Below are positions 29,588 through 39,522 of a stretch of DNA of 64,000 nucleotides, piece after piece; the first letter of the stretch is position 1, and each line of letters begins with the position of its first letter. Source of the DNA: an uncultured Phycisphaeraceae bacterium (GTDB taxonomy: Bacteria > Planctomycetota > Phycisphaerae > Phycisphaerales > UBA1924); contig CAYMZJ010000008.1 of assembly GCA_964394895.1 (NCBI GenBank), forward strand, positions 35,240 to 99,239. Direction: 5' to 3'. A program made the translations under genes and the position numbers. A model generated the notes under the pieces. It was not told the DNA's origin, made no database searches, and saw only the letters and a list, made by a program, of their open reading frames with translations.

Positions 29588-31015
29588 TCAGAACTCCGCC
29601 TGCTTCGGCGCTCTCGGGAACGGTATCACATCCCGGATATTCTGCATCCCCGTGCAGAACTGCACCAGCCGCTCGAAGCCCAGGCCGAAGCCGGCGTGGG
29701 GGCAGGTGCCGTACTTGCGGAGGTCGCGGTACCACCAATAGTCCGGCTGGTGCAGCCCCATCTCGTCGAGGCGGGCGTCGAGGACGGCGAGCCGTTCCTC
29801 GCGCTGGCTGCCGCCGATGAGTTCGCCGACGCCGGGGACGAGGACATCCATCGCGGCCACCGTGTCGGCCGGGGCGCCGTCGGTGCCGGCGTCGTTGACG
29901 CGCATGTAGAACGCCTTGATCGACTTGGGATAGTTGATCACCGTCACCGGCTGCTTGAAGTGCTGCTCGGTCAGGTAGCGCTCGTGCTCGGATTGCATGT
30001 CCTTGCCCCACTCGACCGGGAACTCGAACTTAACATTCGCCTTCTGAAGAATGTCGATCGCGTCGGTATAGGGAATGGTGCGGAAGGGTGTGTCGATCAC
30101 GCTCTTGAGCTTGTCGATGAGCCCCTTTTCGATACGCAGATCGAAGAACGCCATGTCGTCCGGCCGACGGGTGAGCAGGTCATCGAGCAGATACTTGAGC
30201 ATGTCTTCTGCCAGCTTCGCATCGTCAGCAAGGTCAGCAAACGCAATCTCCGGCTCGACCATCCAGAACTCGGCGAGGTGCCGACTGGTGTTGGAGTTCT
30301 CAGCCCGGAAGGTCGGGCCGAAGGTGTAGACCCGGCTCAGCGCCTGGCAATAGGTTTCGACATTGAGCTGGCCGGAGACAGTGAGGTTGGTTTCCTTGCC
30401 GAAGAAGTCCTGGGAGTAATCGACCTCGCCTTCGGGCGTGCGCGGGCAGTTGAGCATGTCGAGCGTGCTCACGCGGAACATCTCGCCAGCTCCCTCGCAA
30501 TCCGAGCCGGTGACGATCGGCGTGTGGACATAAAAGAAGTCGCGTTCATCAAAGAACCGATGGATGGCTGCTGCGAGGGTGTGGCGGGCACGGGCGACCG
30601 CCCCGAAGCTGTTGGTCCGCACGCGCAGGTGGGCGACCTCTCGCAGATACTCAAAGGTGTGCCGCTTCTGAGGCACGGGGTAGGTATCAGGGTCATCAAC
30701 CCACCCGACGACGCGGACCTCCGTTGCTTGAATCTCGACCGACTGCCCCTTGCCCTGGCTCTCGACGAGCGTGCCGGTGACTTCGACTGCGCAGCCGGTG
30801 GTAAGTTTGGTGATCTCGGATTCATAGTTGGACAGGCCGTTTTTGGCGACCGCCTGGATCGCGTCGTGGCAGGTGCCGTCGGTGACCGCGAGGAAGGAGA
30901 GCCCGCCCCCCGCTTTGGAATCGCGGCGGGTGCGTATCCAGCCTTTGACGGTAACGGCTGTCCCGCTATCGGCAGGGGTGGTTTGGAAGGCATCTTTGAC
31001 AGTGATCCAGGACAT
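29588..31015 (-). CDS. asnS: Asparagine--tRNA ligase
   Basis: Class II aaRS motifs (FRAE, GLGFERL), N-terminal OB anticodon-binding domain; start trimmed to [10 protein letters not shown]. Confidence 0.9.
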   Translation of the reverse strand: MSWITVKDAFQTTPADSGTAVTVKGWIRTRRDSKAGGGLSFLAVTDGTCHDAIQAVAKNGLSNYESEITKLTTGCAVEVTGTLVESQGKGQSVEIQATEVRVVGWVDDPDTYPVPQKRHTFEYLREVAHLRVRTNSFGAVARARHTLAAAIHRFFDERDFFYVHTPIVTGSDCEGAGEMFRVSTLDMLNCPRTPEGEVDYSQDFFGKETNLTVSGQLNVETYCQALSRVYTFGPTFRAENSNTSRHLAEFWMVEPEIAFADLADDAKLAEDMLKYLLDDLLTRRPDDMAFFDLRIEKGLIDKLKSVIDTPFRTIPYTDAIDILQKANVKFEFPVEWGKDMQSEHERYLTEQHFKQPVTVINYPKSIKAFYMRVNDAGTDGAPADTVAAMDVLVPGVGELIGGSQREERLAVLDARLDEMGLHQPDYWWYRDLRKYGTCPHAGFGLGFERLVQFCTGMQNIRDVIPFPRAPKQAEF

Positions 31016-31196
31016 AGCGTGTGCTCCAGAGCCGCTCGGATGGTCGTTGCGCGCGAACGGGTCAGGATGGTAGGGGTTCGGCGTGGTGGGTGGCAGAAGC
31101 GGGTCGCCGAGCAAAGTTTCGGTCCGGCTCGGCGGGGCGGGTGTGCAAGAGCGGGTAAGATTCGACCAAGAACCTCGTGAAGGGAAGGGAATATCC

Positions 31197-32804
31197 ATGT
31201 CAATGCTTGTGCTGCTTATTGCTGTGATTCTCGCGATAGGGCTGGTCGGCTCGGCGATCCGTGCGCCGGACCGCTCGCTGAAAGGGGCCGCGTTTGCGGG
31301 GGCGGGGGTGGTGCTGTTCCTGGGCATTCTGTTCTCGTCGGTGCGGTTTGTGGGCGCCAACGAGATCGGGATCGTCAAGAAAAACGCCTTGGGCGAGCCG
31401 CTGAGTGGCGGGCAGATCATCGCAGCCGAGGGCGAGATGGGCATCCAGGCCGACGTGCTGTCGCCGGGGTGGCATTTTTGGTATTGGCCGGTGATCTACG
31501 ACGTGAACACGGTGCCGCTGATCGAGATCAAGGAAGGCCAGATCGGGCTGGTCGAGGCCCGCGACGGCGAGCCGCTGGACAAGGGGCAGCTCTTTGCGCC
31601 CGAGGTTGCGCCGGCAGAGTTCGAGCAGATGGTGACCGACGCGTCGTACTTTCTTTCCAGCGGCGGTCGCAAGGGGCCGCAGGTCAACGTGCTGACGCCG
31701 GGCAAGCATCGGATCAACACCGAGCTGTTTGGCGTGGACATCGTGCAGGCGACCGAAGTGCCCCACGCAATGGTCGCGGTGCTCAAGTCCAACTTCGGAC
31801 TCCCGCCGAAAATCGAACGGCTGCTGGTCGAGGGCGAGAATCCGCTCATGTTTGCAGACGAAGGCGAGTTCGGCGTGCGGGCGGTCCCGCTCGGGCCGGG
31901 CAAGCACCCGGTCAACTCCAAGGCGTACGAGGTCGTGCAGATCTCAACCAAACAGCAGATCGTGCGGTTTACCAAGCTCTCGGGCAAAGCCGGCAAGGGC
32001 ATGGAAGAGGAACGCGAGATCATCGTCCGCACCAGCGACGGCTTTACCTTCCCGGTCGACGTGCGCGTGGAATATACCATCCAGGAGATGGACGCCCCGG
32101 TGGTGGTCGCCAAGCTCAAGGACGACCAGGAGGGGCTGCTCAAGGTGCTCAACTCGGCGGTGCGGGCGATCTTTCGCAACAACGCCGAGGGTGTGAAGGC
32201 GCTCGATTATGTGAACCAGCGCTCGCTCCAGGAGTCCCAGTCGCTGGCGATGCTGCAAGCCGAGATGGCGCGGGTCGGCGTGACGATCACCGGCGTGCGG
32301 ATCGGGGATGTCGGCGACGAAGAAACCTTGGGCGAGCTGCTCAAAACCCAGCGCGACCGCGAGATCGCCACCCAGGAACAGATCACCTTCCAGGAGCAGC
32401 AAAAGGCTGCCGAGCAGGAAAAAGAGCTGACCCGCACCCAGCAGGAGGTCGAGGAAGAGCGGAAGCTCGCCACCGCGACCTACGAGGTGAAGATCGCCGA
32501 GCAGGACAAGGAAAAACGGCTGATCGCAGCCTCTGCCGAAGCCGAAGCAATCAAGATCGAAGCCGAAGCACAAGCCGAGGCGTTCAAGCTGATCTCGGCG
32601 CAGATCGGTAAAGGCAACGCCGCGCTGGTCGAGGTGCTCAAGATCATCGGGGTCAACCGCATCCAGATCACCCCCCGCGTGATGGTTGCTGGGAACAACA
32701 ACAGCAGCAGCAGCGGCAACAGTTCCGAGATGGTCGCCCTGATCGGCACCATGCTCGACCAGATGGTCTCCGATGCTGAAGAAGAAGAATCGGGCGGAGA
32801 ATGA
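31197..32804 (+). CDS. SPFH/band-7 (flotillin-like) membrane protein with long coiled-coil and acidic C-terminus
   Basis: N-terminal TM, SPFH core, EA-rich heptad region (AEAQAEA), flotillin-like architecture. Confidence 0.8.
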   Translation: MSMLVLLIAVILAIGLVGSAIRAPDRSLKGAAFAGAGVVLFLGILFSSVRFVGANEIGIVKKNALGEPLSGGQIIAAEGEMGIQADVLSPGWHFWYWPVIYDVNTVPLIEIKEGQIGLVEARDGEPLDKGQLFAPEVAPAEFEQMVTDASYFLSSGGRKGPQVNVLTPGKHRINTELFGVDIVQATEVPHAMVAVLKSNFGLPPKIERLLVEGENPLMFADEGEFGVRAVPLGPGKHPVNSKAYEVVQISTKQQIVRFTKLSGKAGKGMEEEREIIVRTSDGFTFPVDVRVEYTIQEMDAPVVVAKLKDDQEGLLKVLNSAVRAIFRNNAEGVKALDYVNQRSLQESQSLAMLQAEMARVGVTITGVRIGDVGDEETLGELLKTQRDREIATQEQITFQEQQKAAEQEKELTRTQQEVEEERKLATATYEVKIAEQDKEKRLIAASAEAEAIKIEAEAQAEAFKLISAQIGKGNAALVEVLKIIGVNRIQITPRVMVAGNNNSSSSGNSSEMVALIGTMLDQMVSDAEEEESGGE

Positions 32805-32928
32805 TCGGCTTGGAGTCGGCTGCGGCTCGACCTATCCTCGGAGCGTGAGCACAGCCGACCCAACAAGTTCTCCTGCGGCAACCGCCCCGACCGACCAGGC
32901 TGCGCGCGCAACGCTCGATCCACTCGGC

Positions 32929-34152
32929 ATGACCAGCGCCGCCTTTGAGCGCGCCGCGGGCAAGCTCGGCGTGGCGGCTCATCCCGCCCGCCAGGCGTAC
33001 CGGGCGTTCTTCCGCGACGGCGTCCGCGAGGTATCGTTCGGCCGGGAGGGCACCCGGTGCCAGCTGCGCACAAACGTCGCGCCGATCGTCAAAGAACTCG
33101 AAGAAGAAACACCCGAAGGCACGATCCGCAAGTTTGTCCAGCGGCTGGGGCGGAACACAGACCCCCCGGGTGCCACTGGACAAAGTCCAGTGCCGAACCA
33201 TCCGGGTTGTCGAACAGTCAGCGACCACCCGCACCGGACTTTGTCCAGTGGCACCCGGCATGGGCCCGCAGCACCCGACATCCCACACGACGACATCGAG
33301 AGCGTCCAGATCCCCATGATCGGCCGCCGGGGGGTCAAGAGTCACACGCTCTGCGTGTCGAGTCAGGTCGGTTGCGCCATGGGGTGCGACTTCTGCGAGA
33401 CCGCGCAGATGGGGCTGGTGCGATCGCTCACCGCCGCCGAGATCGTGGGGCAGTGGTGGGCCGCAACGCACCAACGGCAGGCGTCGGTCAAGAACATCGT
33501 CTTCATGGGCATGGGCGAACCGCTCGACAACGTCGAAGCGGTCATCGACTCGATCGCCGTCCTCACCGACCACAACGGGCCCGCTGTCCCGATGACCAAC
33601 ATCACCGTCAGCACCGTTGGCAAAGCGGCCGGGATGCGCAAACTGTGCGCGCAGATGGACAAGCCCGGCTGGCGCAAGCTCGGCATCGCGGTCAGCATCA
33701 ACGCGCCAAACGACGAGGTGCGTTCGCAGATCATGCCCATCAACCGCGCCACACCGATGGCCGAGCTCCGCGAGCTGATCGAGGCGGTGCCCTGCGTCGG
33801 CACACACCGCAAAATCTGCTTCGGATACGTGCTGATCCCGGGCGTCAACGACCGCAAGGAACACGCGGCGGAACTCGCGGAGTACCTCCGCCCCTTCACC
33901 GCCTCGGGCAGCCCCGACGGCAAGCACCGCGGGATGCTCAACCTGATCCCCTACAACCCCAGGCGCGACTCGCCCTGGCCGGCGCCTTTCGAGGACGCGG
34001 TCGAAGAGTTTCTCGGCTGGGTCCGCCAGCACGGCGTCTTCGCCAAGCGCCGCCGAACCAAAGGCCGCGACGCCATGGCAGCCTGCGGCCAACTCGGCAC
34101 CGAAGAGGTCCGCAAGCGCAAGTTTGTCGGCCTCCGTATCGACGGCGTGTGA
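32929..34152 (+). CDS. rlmN: 23S rRNA (A2503-C2) / tRNA methyltransferase, radical SAM
   Basis: CxxxCxxC radical-SAM motif CAMGCDFC, conserved TLCVSSQVGC, GMGEPL; carries a ~40-aa insertion encoded by a nested palindrome (33167-33258). Confidence 0.85.
   Translation: MTSAAFERAAGKLGVAAHPARQAYRAFFRDGVREVSFGREGTRCQLRTNVAPIVKELEEETPEGTIRKFVQRLGRNTDPPGATGQSPVPNHPGCRTVSDHPHRTLSSGTRHGPAAPDIPHDDIESVQIPMIGRRGVKSHTLCVSSQVGCAMGCDFCETAQMGLVRSLTAAEIVGQWWAATHQRQASVKNIVFMGMGEPLDNVEAVIDSIAVLTDHNGPAVPMTNITVSTVGKAAGMRKLCAQMDKPGWRKLGIAVSINAPNDEVRSQIMPINRATPMAELRELIEAVPCVGTHRKICFGYVLIPGVNDRKEHAAELAEYLRPFTASGSPDGKHRGMLNLIPYNPRRDSPWPAPFEDAVEEFLGWVRQHGVFAKRRRTKGRDAMAACGQLGTEEVRKRKFVGLRIDGV
33167..33258. repeat. 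Nested palindromic element (21-bp terminal inverted repeats) embedded in-frame in rlmN
   Basis: GGGTGCCACTGGACAAAGTCC ... GGACTTTGTCCAGTGGCACCC, perfect reverse complements; each arm itself palindromic. Confidence 0.7.
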
Positions 34153-34326
34153 GCAACCTGAGTTACAAAGCAACCGCGCGCAACGAAACGAGCCCCGAGC
34201 GTAAGCTCGGACGGATGTCCGGTCGGGTGCCTTGCGCAACACCTGAACCTGCGCTCGCGCACAGGGCTCATTGATACATACGATGTTCCTCGGAACACGC
34301 AAGACACCGATCGCCGCGACAAGACG

Positions 34327-35952
34327 CTACCGCTGCGCACCCCGCCAAAGTTCGGCCTTCTCTCGCTGCCCCCAACGTTCGTAGAGGTCAACGAGCCTGT
34401 CAACCGCGTTTGCCGTCCGCGGGTGCTCGTCGCCGAGGGAGGCCCGGAGGATGCGCTCGGCGTCCACCAGCAACGGCTCGGCCTGGGCGTATTCACCCGC
34501 GAGCGTGCGGCATTCGCCGGCGTTGCTGCAGAAAATGCCGAGAAAGTAGTGGTCTTCGGGCAGCACCGCACCAGCGTTCTCGATCAGCTCGTCGAAGATC
34601 GTGTGTGTTTCATTGCTTCTTTTATTCGTCTTGAGCAGCATGACGAGGTCGGCAACACCAACAACCGTGGCGTCAAGGGTGTTGTCGGCAGTCGGTTCGT
34701 GGCCGAGCGCCTTGCCTGGGCTCACCGCTTCGAGCATCCCCGCAAGAATCTGCATCGACGCGGTCGCGGCTGCTGCTTCACGCTGGGCGCGGGCGCTCTC
34801 TTTGGTCGCTGCCACCGCCTGCCAACTCGTCGCCGCCACCCCCAGCACCAGCGTGATGACCACCGCTGCCACACCCGCGACCACCGGCTTGTTCCGCTGG
34901 GCAAACTTCCTGAGCTGGTACGCCGTGCTCGGCGGCCGCGCCGCGATCGGTTCGTTCCGCAGGAATCGTCGAATATCCTCCGCAAGGTCAGCTGCCGACT
35001 GGTACCGCCGCTCGCGGTCTTTCTCCAGCGCCTTGCCCACGATCGTCTCGATGTCCCCCCGGTACACCCGGTTCACGCTCGAAAGCCGCGCCGGCTCCTG
35101 CTCGCCGATCATCCGCGCCGCCTGCGCGATCGACGTCTGCCGCACGTCGTGAGGCAGCTTGGCGGTCAGCAACTCATACAACACCACCCCGAGCGAATAC
35201 ACATCCGACCGCGTGTCAAGCTCGGCCGCATCGCCGGCGATCTGCTCGGGGCTCATATAAGGAACCGTTCCGACCAGCTCGCCCTGCACCGTGCAGAGCG
35301 TCGCGGTCTGGATGTCCGCGTCGGTGACTCGCGCAACGCCGAAATCAAGAACCCGAGGCCGACCATCCTCGGGAACAACAATGTTGCCCGGCTTGAGGTC
35401 GCGGTGGATGACCCCTTTCGCGTGCGCGTGCTGCACCGCGTCGCAGACGCGGGCAAAGAGCTGCAAGCGCTCGGCGGTGTCCAGCTCTTGCGCCTCGGCG
35501 TAGTCCGTGAGCGACAGCCCCCGCACGCACTCCATCGCAAAGAAAGGCACGCGCTCGCCGTGCTCCTCGTGCACGCCGGCTTCATAGATCTGCGCGATCC
35601 CCGGGTGCTGGAGGCGGGCGAGCACCTCGGTCTCGTGTTCGAACCGACGCAAGAGCGATGGGGTTGCCCAGCCCGGACGGATGACCTTGAGCGCGACGGT
35701 CCGCTTCGGGTTTGATTGCTCAGCAAGGTAGACCTTGCCCATGCCCCCCTCGCCGAGCACGCCGAGGATGCGGTACTCGCCAAGACGCTCGGGGCTGTGG
35801 CTCGCGCCGTTGGAGGTTGGGCGATGGTGGGGGGACCGCCGCTCCAGCCGATCTCCCCGATCCGGTCCGTCCACGCGGGCGTGACGATCCGGCAGGATCG
35901 TCGGATCCTCACTCCCGAGATCGGCGGTGGATGGGGGGTCGTGTCTTTGCAT
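34327..35952 (-). CDS. Serine/threonine protein kinase with TM segment and C-terminal domain
   Basis: Hanks motifs GEGGMGKVY, ALKVI, HRDLKPGNIV, DFGVAR, SPEQ. Confidence 0.8.
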   Translation of the reverse strand: MQRHDPPSTADLGSEDPTILPDRHARVDGPDRGDRLERRSPHHRPTSNGASHSPERLGEYRILGVLGEGGMGKVYLAEQSNPKRTVALKVIRPGWATPSLLRRFEHETEVLARLQHPGIAQIYEAGVHEEHGERVPFFAMECVRGLSLTDYAEAQELDTAERLQLFARVCDAVQHAHAKGVIHRDLKPGNIVVPEDGRPRVLDFGVARVTDADIQTATLCTVQGELVGTVPYMSPEQIAGDAAELDTRSDVYSLGVVLYELLTAKLPHDVRQTSIAQAARMIGEQEPARLSSVNRVYRGDIETIVGKALEKDRERRYQSAADLAEDIRRFLRNEPIAARPPSTAYQLRKFAQRNKPVVAGVAAVVITLVLGVAATSWQAVAATKESARAQREAAAATASMQILAGMLEAVSPGKALGHEPTADNTLDATVVGVADLVMLLKTNKRSNETHTIFDELIENAGAVLPEDHYFLGIFCSNAGECRTLAGEYAQAEPLLVDAERILRASLGDEHPRTANAVDRLVDLYERWGQREKAELWRGAQR

Positions 35953-36131
35953 GGGCGGGCGTGTGTGGCAGAGGGCCGGTTGGAAGATGCCCCAAGCCGC
36001 GACAAGTGCCAGCAATGGGGCGATCTCCGGGCAGAGATCGCCATACCATCTTCCCCACCTGCCGCAGGGCTTACGCGGGTTGACCCCGATAAGGCCGCCG
36101 CGGCCGGGTTGTACAGCGAAGGAATGATGCC

Positions 36132-37235
36132 ATGGATGCGGGAATCGTCGGGCTGCCGAATGTCGGAAAATCCACGCTGTTCAACGCGCTCACCGCCGCG
36201 GGCGCGTTGGCTGCAAACTACCCATTTGCCACCATCGAGCCCAACATCGGGGTGGTCCCCATACCGGACCCTCGGCTCGAACAAATCCGCGGGCACATCG
36301 AGAGCCAGAAAGTCCTGCCCGCAGCCCTGCGCCTCGTCGATATCGCCGGGATCGTCCGCGGCGCAAGCCAGGGCGAAGGGCTCGGCAACAAGTTCCTCTC
36401 CCACATCCGCGAGGTCGACGCCATCCTCCACGTCGTCCGCTGCTTCGAGACCACACCCGGCGGCGACGACGTCACCCACGTCGACGGCTCGGTCGATCCT
36501 CTCCGCGATATCGAGACCATCGAGACCGAACTCATCCTCGCCGACCTCCAGACCGTGGATAACACGATCCCCAAAACCGAACGTGCCGCACGAGGCAAAG
36601 ACCGCGACGCGATCGCGCGGCTCGATGTGCTCAAACAGCTCGCGCCGCTGCTCAACGACGGCACGCCCGCCCGGGCAATCGAGCTGGCAAACCCCGACCT
36701 CGTGCGGGCGATGAAATCGCTCGGCCTCATCACCGCAAAGCCCGTGCTGTATGTGATGAACGTGGACGAGGACGACCTCGAAGGTGAAGGGCCGCTCGCA
36801 AAGCGCGTTGCCGAGCACGCCGAGCAGGAAGGCATGCAGTCGATCCCCGTTTGCGCCAAGATCGAAAGCGAGTTGGCCGAGCTCGAGAGCGAAGAACAGG
36901 CCGAGATGCTCGAAGCCCTCGGCATCACCGAGCCGGCGCTGGCAAAGCTCGCCCGGGCCGCCTACCGCCTCCTGGGCATGCAGTCCTATTACACCGCCGG
37001 TCCCAAAGAGATCAGAGCCTGGCCGGTCCCCGTCGGCAGCAAAGCCCCCCAGGCCGCCGGCGTGATTCACACCGACTTCGAGCGCGGGTTCATCCGCGTC
37101 GAGGTCTATTCCGTCGCCGATCTCGAAGCCCTCGGCTCAGAAAAAGCCATCCGTGATGCCGGCAAAATGCGCACCGAAGGCAAGGAATACGTCATGCGCG
37201 ACGCCGACGTCTGCAACTTCCTGTTCAACGTCTGA
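36132..37235 (+). CDS. ychF: Ribosome-binding ATPase YchF (Obg-family GTPase)
   Basis: [16 protein letters not shown]1 motif, TGS C-terminal domain. Confidence 0.9.
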   Translation: MDAGIVGLPNVGKSTLFNALTAAGALAANYPFATIEPNIGVVPIPDPRLEQIRGHIESQKVLPAALRLVDIAGIVRGASQGEGLGNKFLSHIREVDAILHVVRCFETTPGGDDVTHVDGSVDPLRDIETIETELILADLQTVDNTIPKTERAARGKDRDAIARLDVLKQLAPLLNDGTPARAIELANPDLVRAMKSLGLITAKPVLYVMNVDEDDLEGEGPLAKRVAEHAEQEGMQSIPVCAKIESELAELESEEQAEMLEALGITEPALAKLARAAYRLLGMQSYYTAGPKEIRAWPVPVGSKAPQAAGVIHTDFERGFIRVEVYSVADLEALGSEKAIRDAGKMRTEGKEYVMRDADVCNFLFNV

Positions 37236-37286
37236 ACCCGATTCCACCCGATGCTGCGCAGTGTGTTGGGCAGTCTGTTGCTCGAT

Positions 37287-37346
37287 GTGCTGTGCGGCGT
37301 GCTGTGCGGCGTGCTGTGCGGTGTGCTGTGCGGTGTGCTGCGCGGT
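37287..37346. repeat. 12-bp minisatellite (GTGCTGTGCGGY) x5
   Basis: gtgctgtgcggc gtgctgtgcggc gtgctgtgcggt gtgctgtgcggt gtgctgcgcggt immediately 3' of ychF. Confidence 0.85.
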
Positions 37347-37353
37347 GTTTTTC

Positions 37354-37457
37354 AGCTCCCCCTCCCTCTGGGAGGGGGCCGGGGGGAGGGTGCCTTTGTT
37401 CTTCCTCTCCCTCCCTCTGCGAAGGGGCCGGGGGGAGGGCGCCTCGCTGTTCTTCGT
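37354..37457. repeat. C-tract/G-tract hairpin tandem repeat, locus 1 (2 units)
   Basis: CTCCCCCTCCCTCTGGGAGGGGGCCGGGGGGAGGGTGCCTTTGTTCTT ; second degenerate unit follows. Confidence 0.75.
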
Positions 37458-37504
37458 CAAGCCCGCTCGAGACGATCGGATACAAGAGCGTTGCAGAGCC
37501 CCGG

Positions 37505-38356
37505 TCAGTTGCTGCCAGCCGGGCGGCGGTTCCGGTTGGGCTGCACACGGGTCGGCGCGGGCGTGTCGAGTTCGTCCTCGTCATCCTCGTCTTCTGGCTG
37601 GAAGTCGTTGTGCGCTTCTTTCCGGTTCTCAAGCAGGTGCGCAAGACTGTTCTTGGCAGCCTCGGCATCACCCTCGACGATCGCCATCTCGAGTGCGAGC
37701 GATTCCATAAGCGTCTGCACGAGTGTCATGCGGAACTCGGCGCGGTAGGCCGCCTTGTCGTCGCCGAAACGAGCCTCGGCCTGCTCGGCCATCGGGGCGG
37801 TCATCATCTGCATCTTCGCTGCCATCAGCCCCTGCTGAATCAGGCCGATGGTCTCAAGGTCGTTCTCCATCGACGCCGCGTCAAACGAAGACCGACGCAG
37901 CGAACGCAGCGCACGCCCGGCCTGCTTCATCCCGCCCTCAAAGTCCAGGGGCTTCCCGCCCGGTCCCGCACCACGCGGCGGCCCGGGGCGGTCGATCGCG
38001 TCGGCCGGGGCACCGGGCCGGACCTGCCCCGGTGCGCCGGCGCGGTCAGGTCGGTTGCCGCGCTGAGAGATGAACCCCGTCGCCGCCGTCTCCAACTCGG
38101 CTGAATCAAGAAACCCGTCCCCGTTCGCGTCGTTGGCGTCAAATATCCGCTCGGCGAACCGACCCGGAAGCTCGTCCCGCGAGAGCTTCCCGTCGCCGTT
38201 GGCGTCGTTGCTCATCATCCGCTCGACAAACTGCTCGGGCGTCGGCGGCCCGCTGCCCTGACGACCGCCCGGACGCCCCTGCTGCTGGGCGATCGCGGTC
38301 GTCGCAAGCGAAAGAAGAACAACGGCTGCAAACGTGCGGCTGGCGGTGGTGTGCAT
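37505..38356 (-). CDS. Secreted EF-hand calcium-binding protein with helical C-terminal domain
   Basis: Signal peptide, two canonical EF-hand loops DANGDGKLSRDE and DANGDGFLDSAE, acidic C-terminus. Confidence 0.6.
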   Translation of the reverse strand: MHTTASRTFAAVVLLSLATTAIAQQQGRPGGRQGSGPPTPEQFVERMMSNDANGDGKLSRDELPGRFAERIFDANDANGDGFLDSAELETAATGFISQRGNRPDRAGAPGQVRPGAPADAIDRPGPPRGAGPGGKPLDFEGGMKQAGRALRSLRRSSFDAASMENDLETIGLIQQGLMAAKMQMMTAPMAEQAEARFGDDKAAYRAEFRMTLVQTLMESLALEMAIVEGDAEAAKNSLAHLLENRKEAHNDFQPEDEDDEDELDTPAPTRVQPNRNRRPAGSN

Positions 38357-38476
38357 GAATAGGGTCCTTGCTTGAGGAAAGAAACGGCTCCGGACAACAC
38401 GCCCGCGCCGCCTCGAAAGCATAACGCCCCGCCCAACCCCGTATTGCAACATCGGCCGAGAAGCCCGCGAGCCCCG

Positions 38477-39343
38477 CTAGGAACCAGCCCCCGCCCCTTT
38501 GGACCGGAGCGCACGCCCCAGCACCCGGTCGGTGATCCCCGGGAACGCCGTCGCCGCCGCGAACACAAGACGCACCGTGTGGCTCGTCCACACCTCACCC
38601 CGAGGCTTGCGCAGACACCCGACAACCGCCCGGGCAACACGATCCGGCGGCTGGGTGAACATCCTCGGCGGCGCCAGGCTCTGCCCCACGCTGTCCTCCC
38701 GGCTCGCCGCCGCGTCAAAGAAATCGGTCCGCGTCCCGATCGGGTGTACCGTCGAAACACGCACGCCCAGAGGCGCAAGCTCGTGCCGCATCCCCCGACC
38801 GATGTGATCCTGCATCGCCTTGCTCGCAGAATACGGCGACGTGAACGGCGTCCCCAGTTTGGAAAGGCAACTCGAACACGCAAGCAGATGCCCCCGCGCC
38901 GTCCCGCCCTCGCTGTGCTCGAGCATGTGCGCCAGCGCCGGCCGAAACAGGTTGAGCGTGCCCCAGAAGTTGGTCTCGAAAATGTCCCGGATCGCTTGGT
39001 CGGTCAGCTCATGCACCGGCCCGCGCAGCCCGTACCCCGCGTTGGCAAACACCGCATAGACCGTGCCGAAACGCTCGATCGTGGCGTCAACGAATCGAGC
39101 GCACGCCGCAGCGTCCGCAACATCCACCGACATCACCAACGCCCGCCCGCCCTCGCTGGTGATCCGTTCCTCGACCTCGCGCAGCGGCGCCTCACGCCGA
39201 CCCGAGAGCGCCACAGGCATCCCCGCCCGCGCGCACGCGATCGCCGTGGCACGGCCGATGCCGGTGCCCGCACCAGAGATCGCGATAGGAAGCCCGGTCA
39301 AGTCGCGTGGCACAGCGTGTCCGTCGAGAAGGGGATGAACCAA
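38477..39343 (-). CDS. Short-chain dehydrogenase/reductase (SDR) family oxidoreductase
   Basis: ISGAGTGIGRA Rossmann motif, NAG, YSASK catalytic motif; start (TTG/GTG) uncertain; track ORF extends spuriously through hairpin repeats to 39973. Confidence 0.7.
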   Translation of the reverse strand: MVHPLLDGHAVPRDLTGLPIAISGAGTGIGRATAIACARAGMPVALSGRREAPLREVEERITSEGGRALVMSVDVADAAACARFVDATIERFGTVYAVFANAGYGLRGPVHELTDQAIRDIFETNFWGTLNLFRPALAHMLEHSEGGTARGHLLACSSCLSKLGTPFTSPYSASKAMQDHIGRGMRHELAPLGVRVSTVHPIGTRTDFFDAAASREDSVGQSLAPPRMFTQPPDRVARAVVGCLRKPRGEVWTSHTVRLVFAAATAFPGITDRVLGRALRSKGAGAGS

Positions 39344-39384
39344 AGAGGCGTGTTCGGCACGAGGCAGTCTACATGCCCGCAAGC

Positions 39385-39478
39385 ATAGAGCCCCTCGCGC
39401 AAGCAGAAGAGGCAAGCATAGAGCCCCTCGCGCAAGCAGAAGAGGCAAGCATAGAGCCCCTCGCGCAAGCGAGGGGAC
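39385..39478. repeat. Tandem array of GAGCC-hairpin element (2 truncated 33-bp units + 1 complete hairpin)
   Basis: ATAGAGCCCCTCGCGCAAGCAGAAGAGGCAAGC x2 then ATAGAGCCCCTCGCGCAAGCGAGGGGAC. Confidence 0.8.
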
Positions 39479-39522
39479 ACCAACACCCACCAGAACAGAG
39501 AAACACGTTGAAGCAAGGCACT

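Noticed and set aside
37153-37748. ORFs translating the minisatellite and hairpin tandem repeats (e.g. 37153-37710, 37292-38104, 41922-42104 portion, 62762-63253, 62771-63347, 63037-63810)
   Set aside because: Their periodic PLPLGGGRGEGAF / AAQHTAQH sequences are direct translations of DNA tandem repeats in several frames and strands; not credible proteins.
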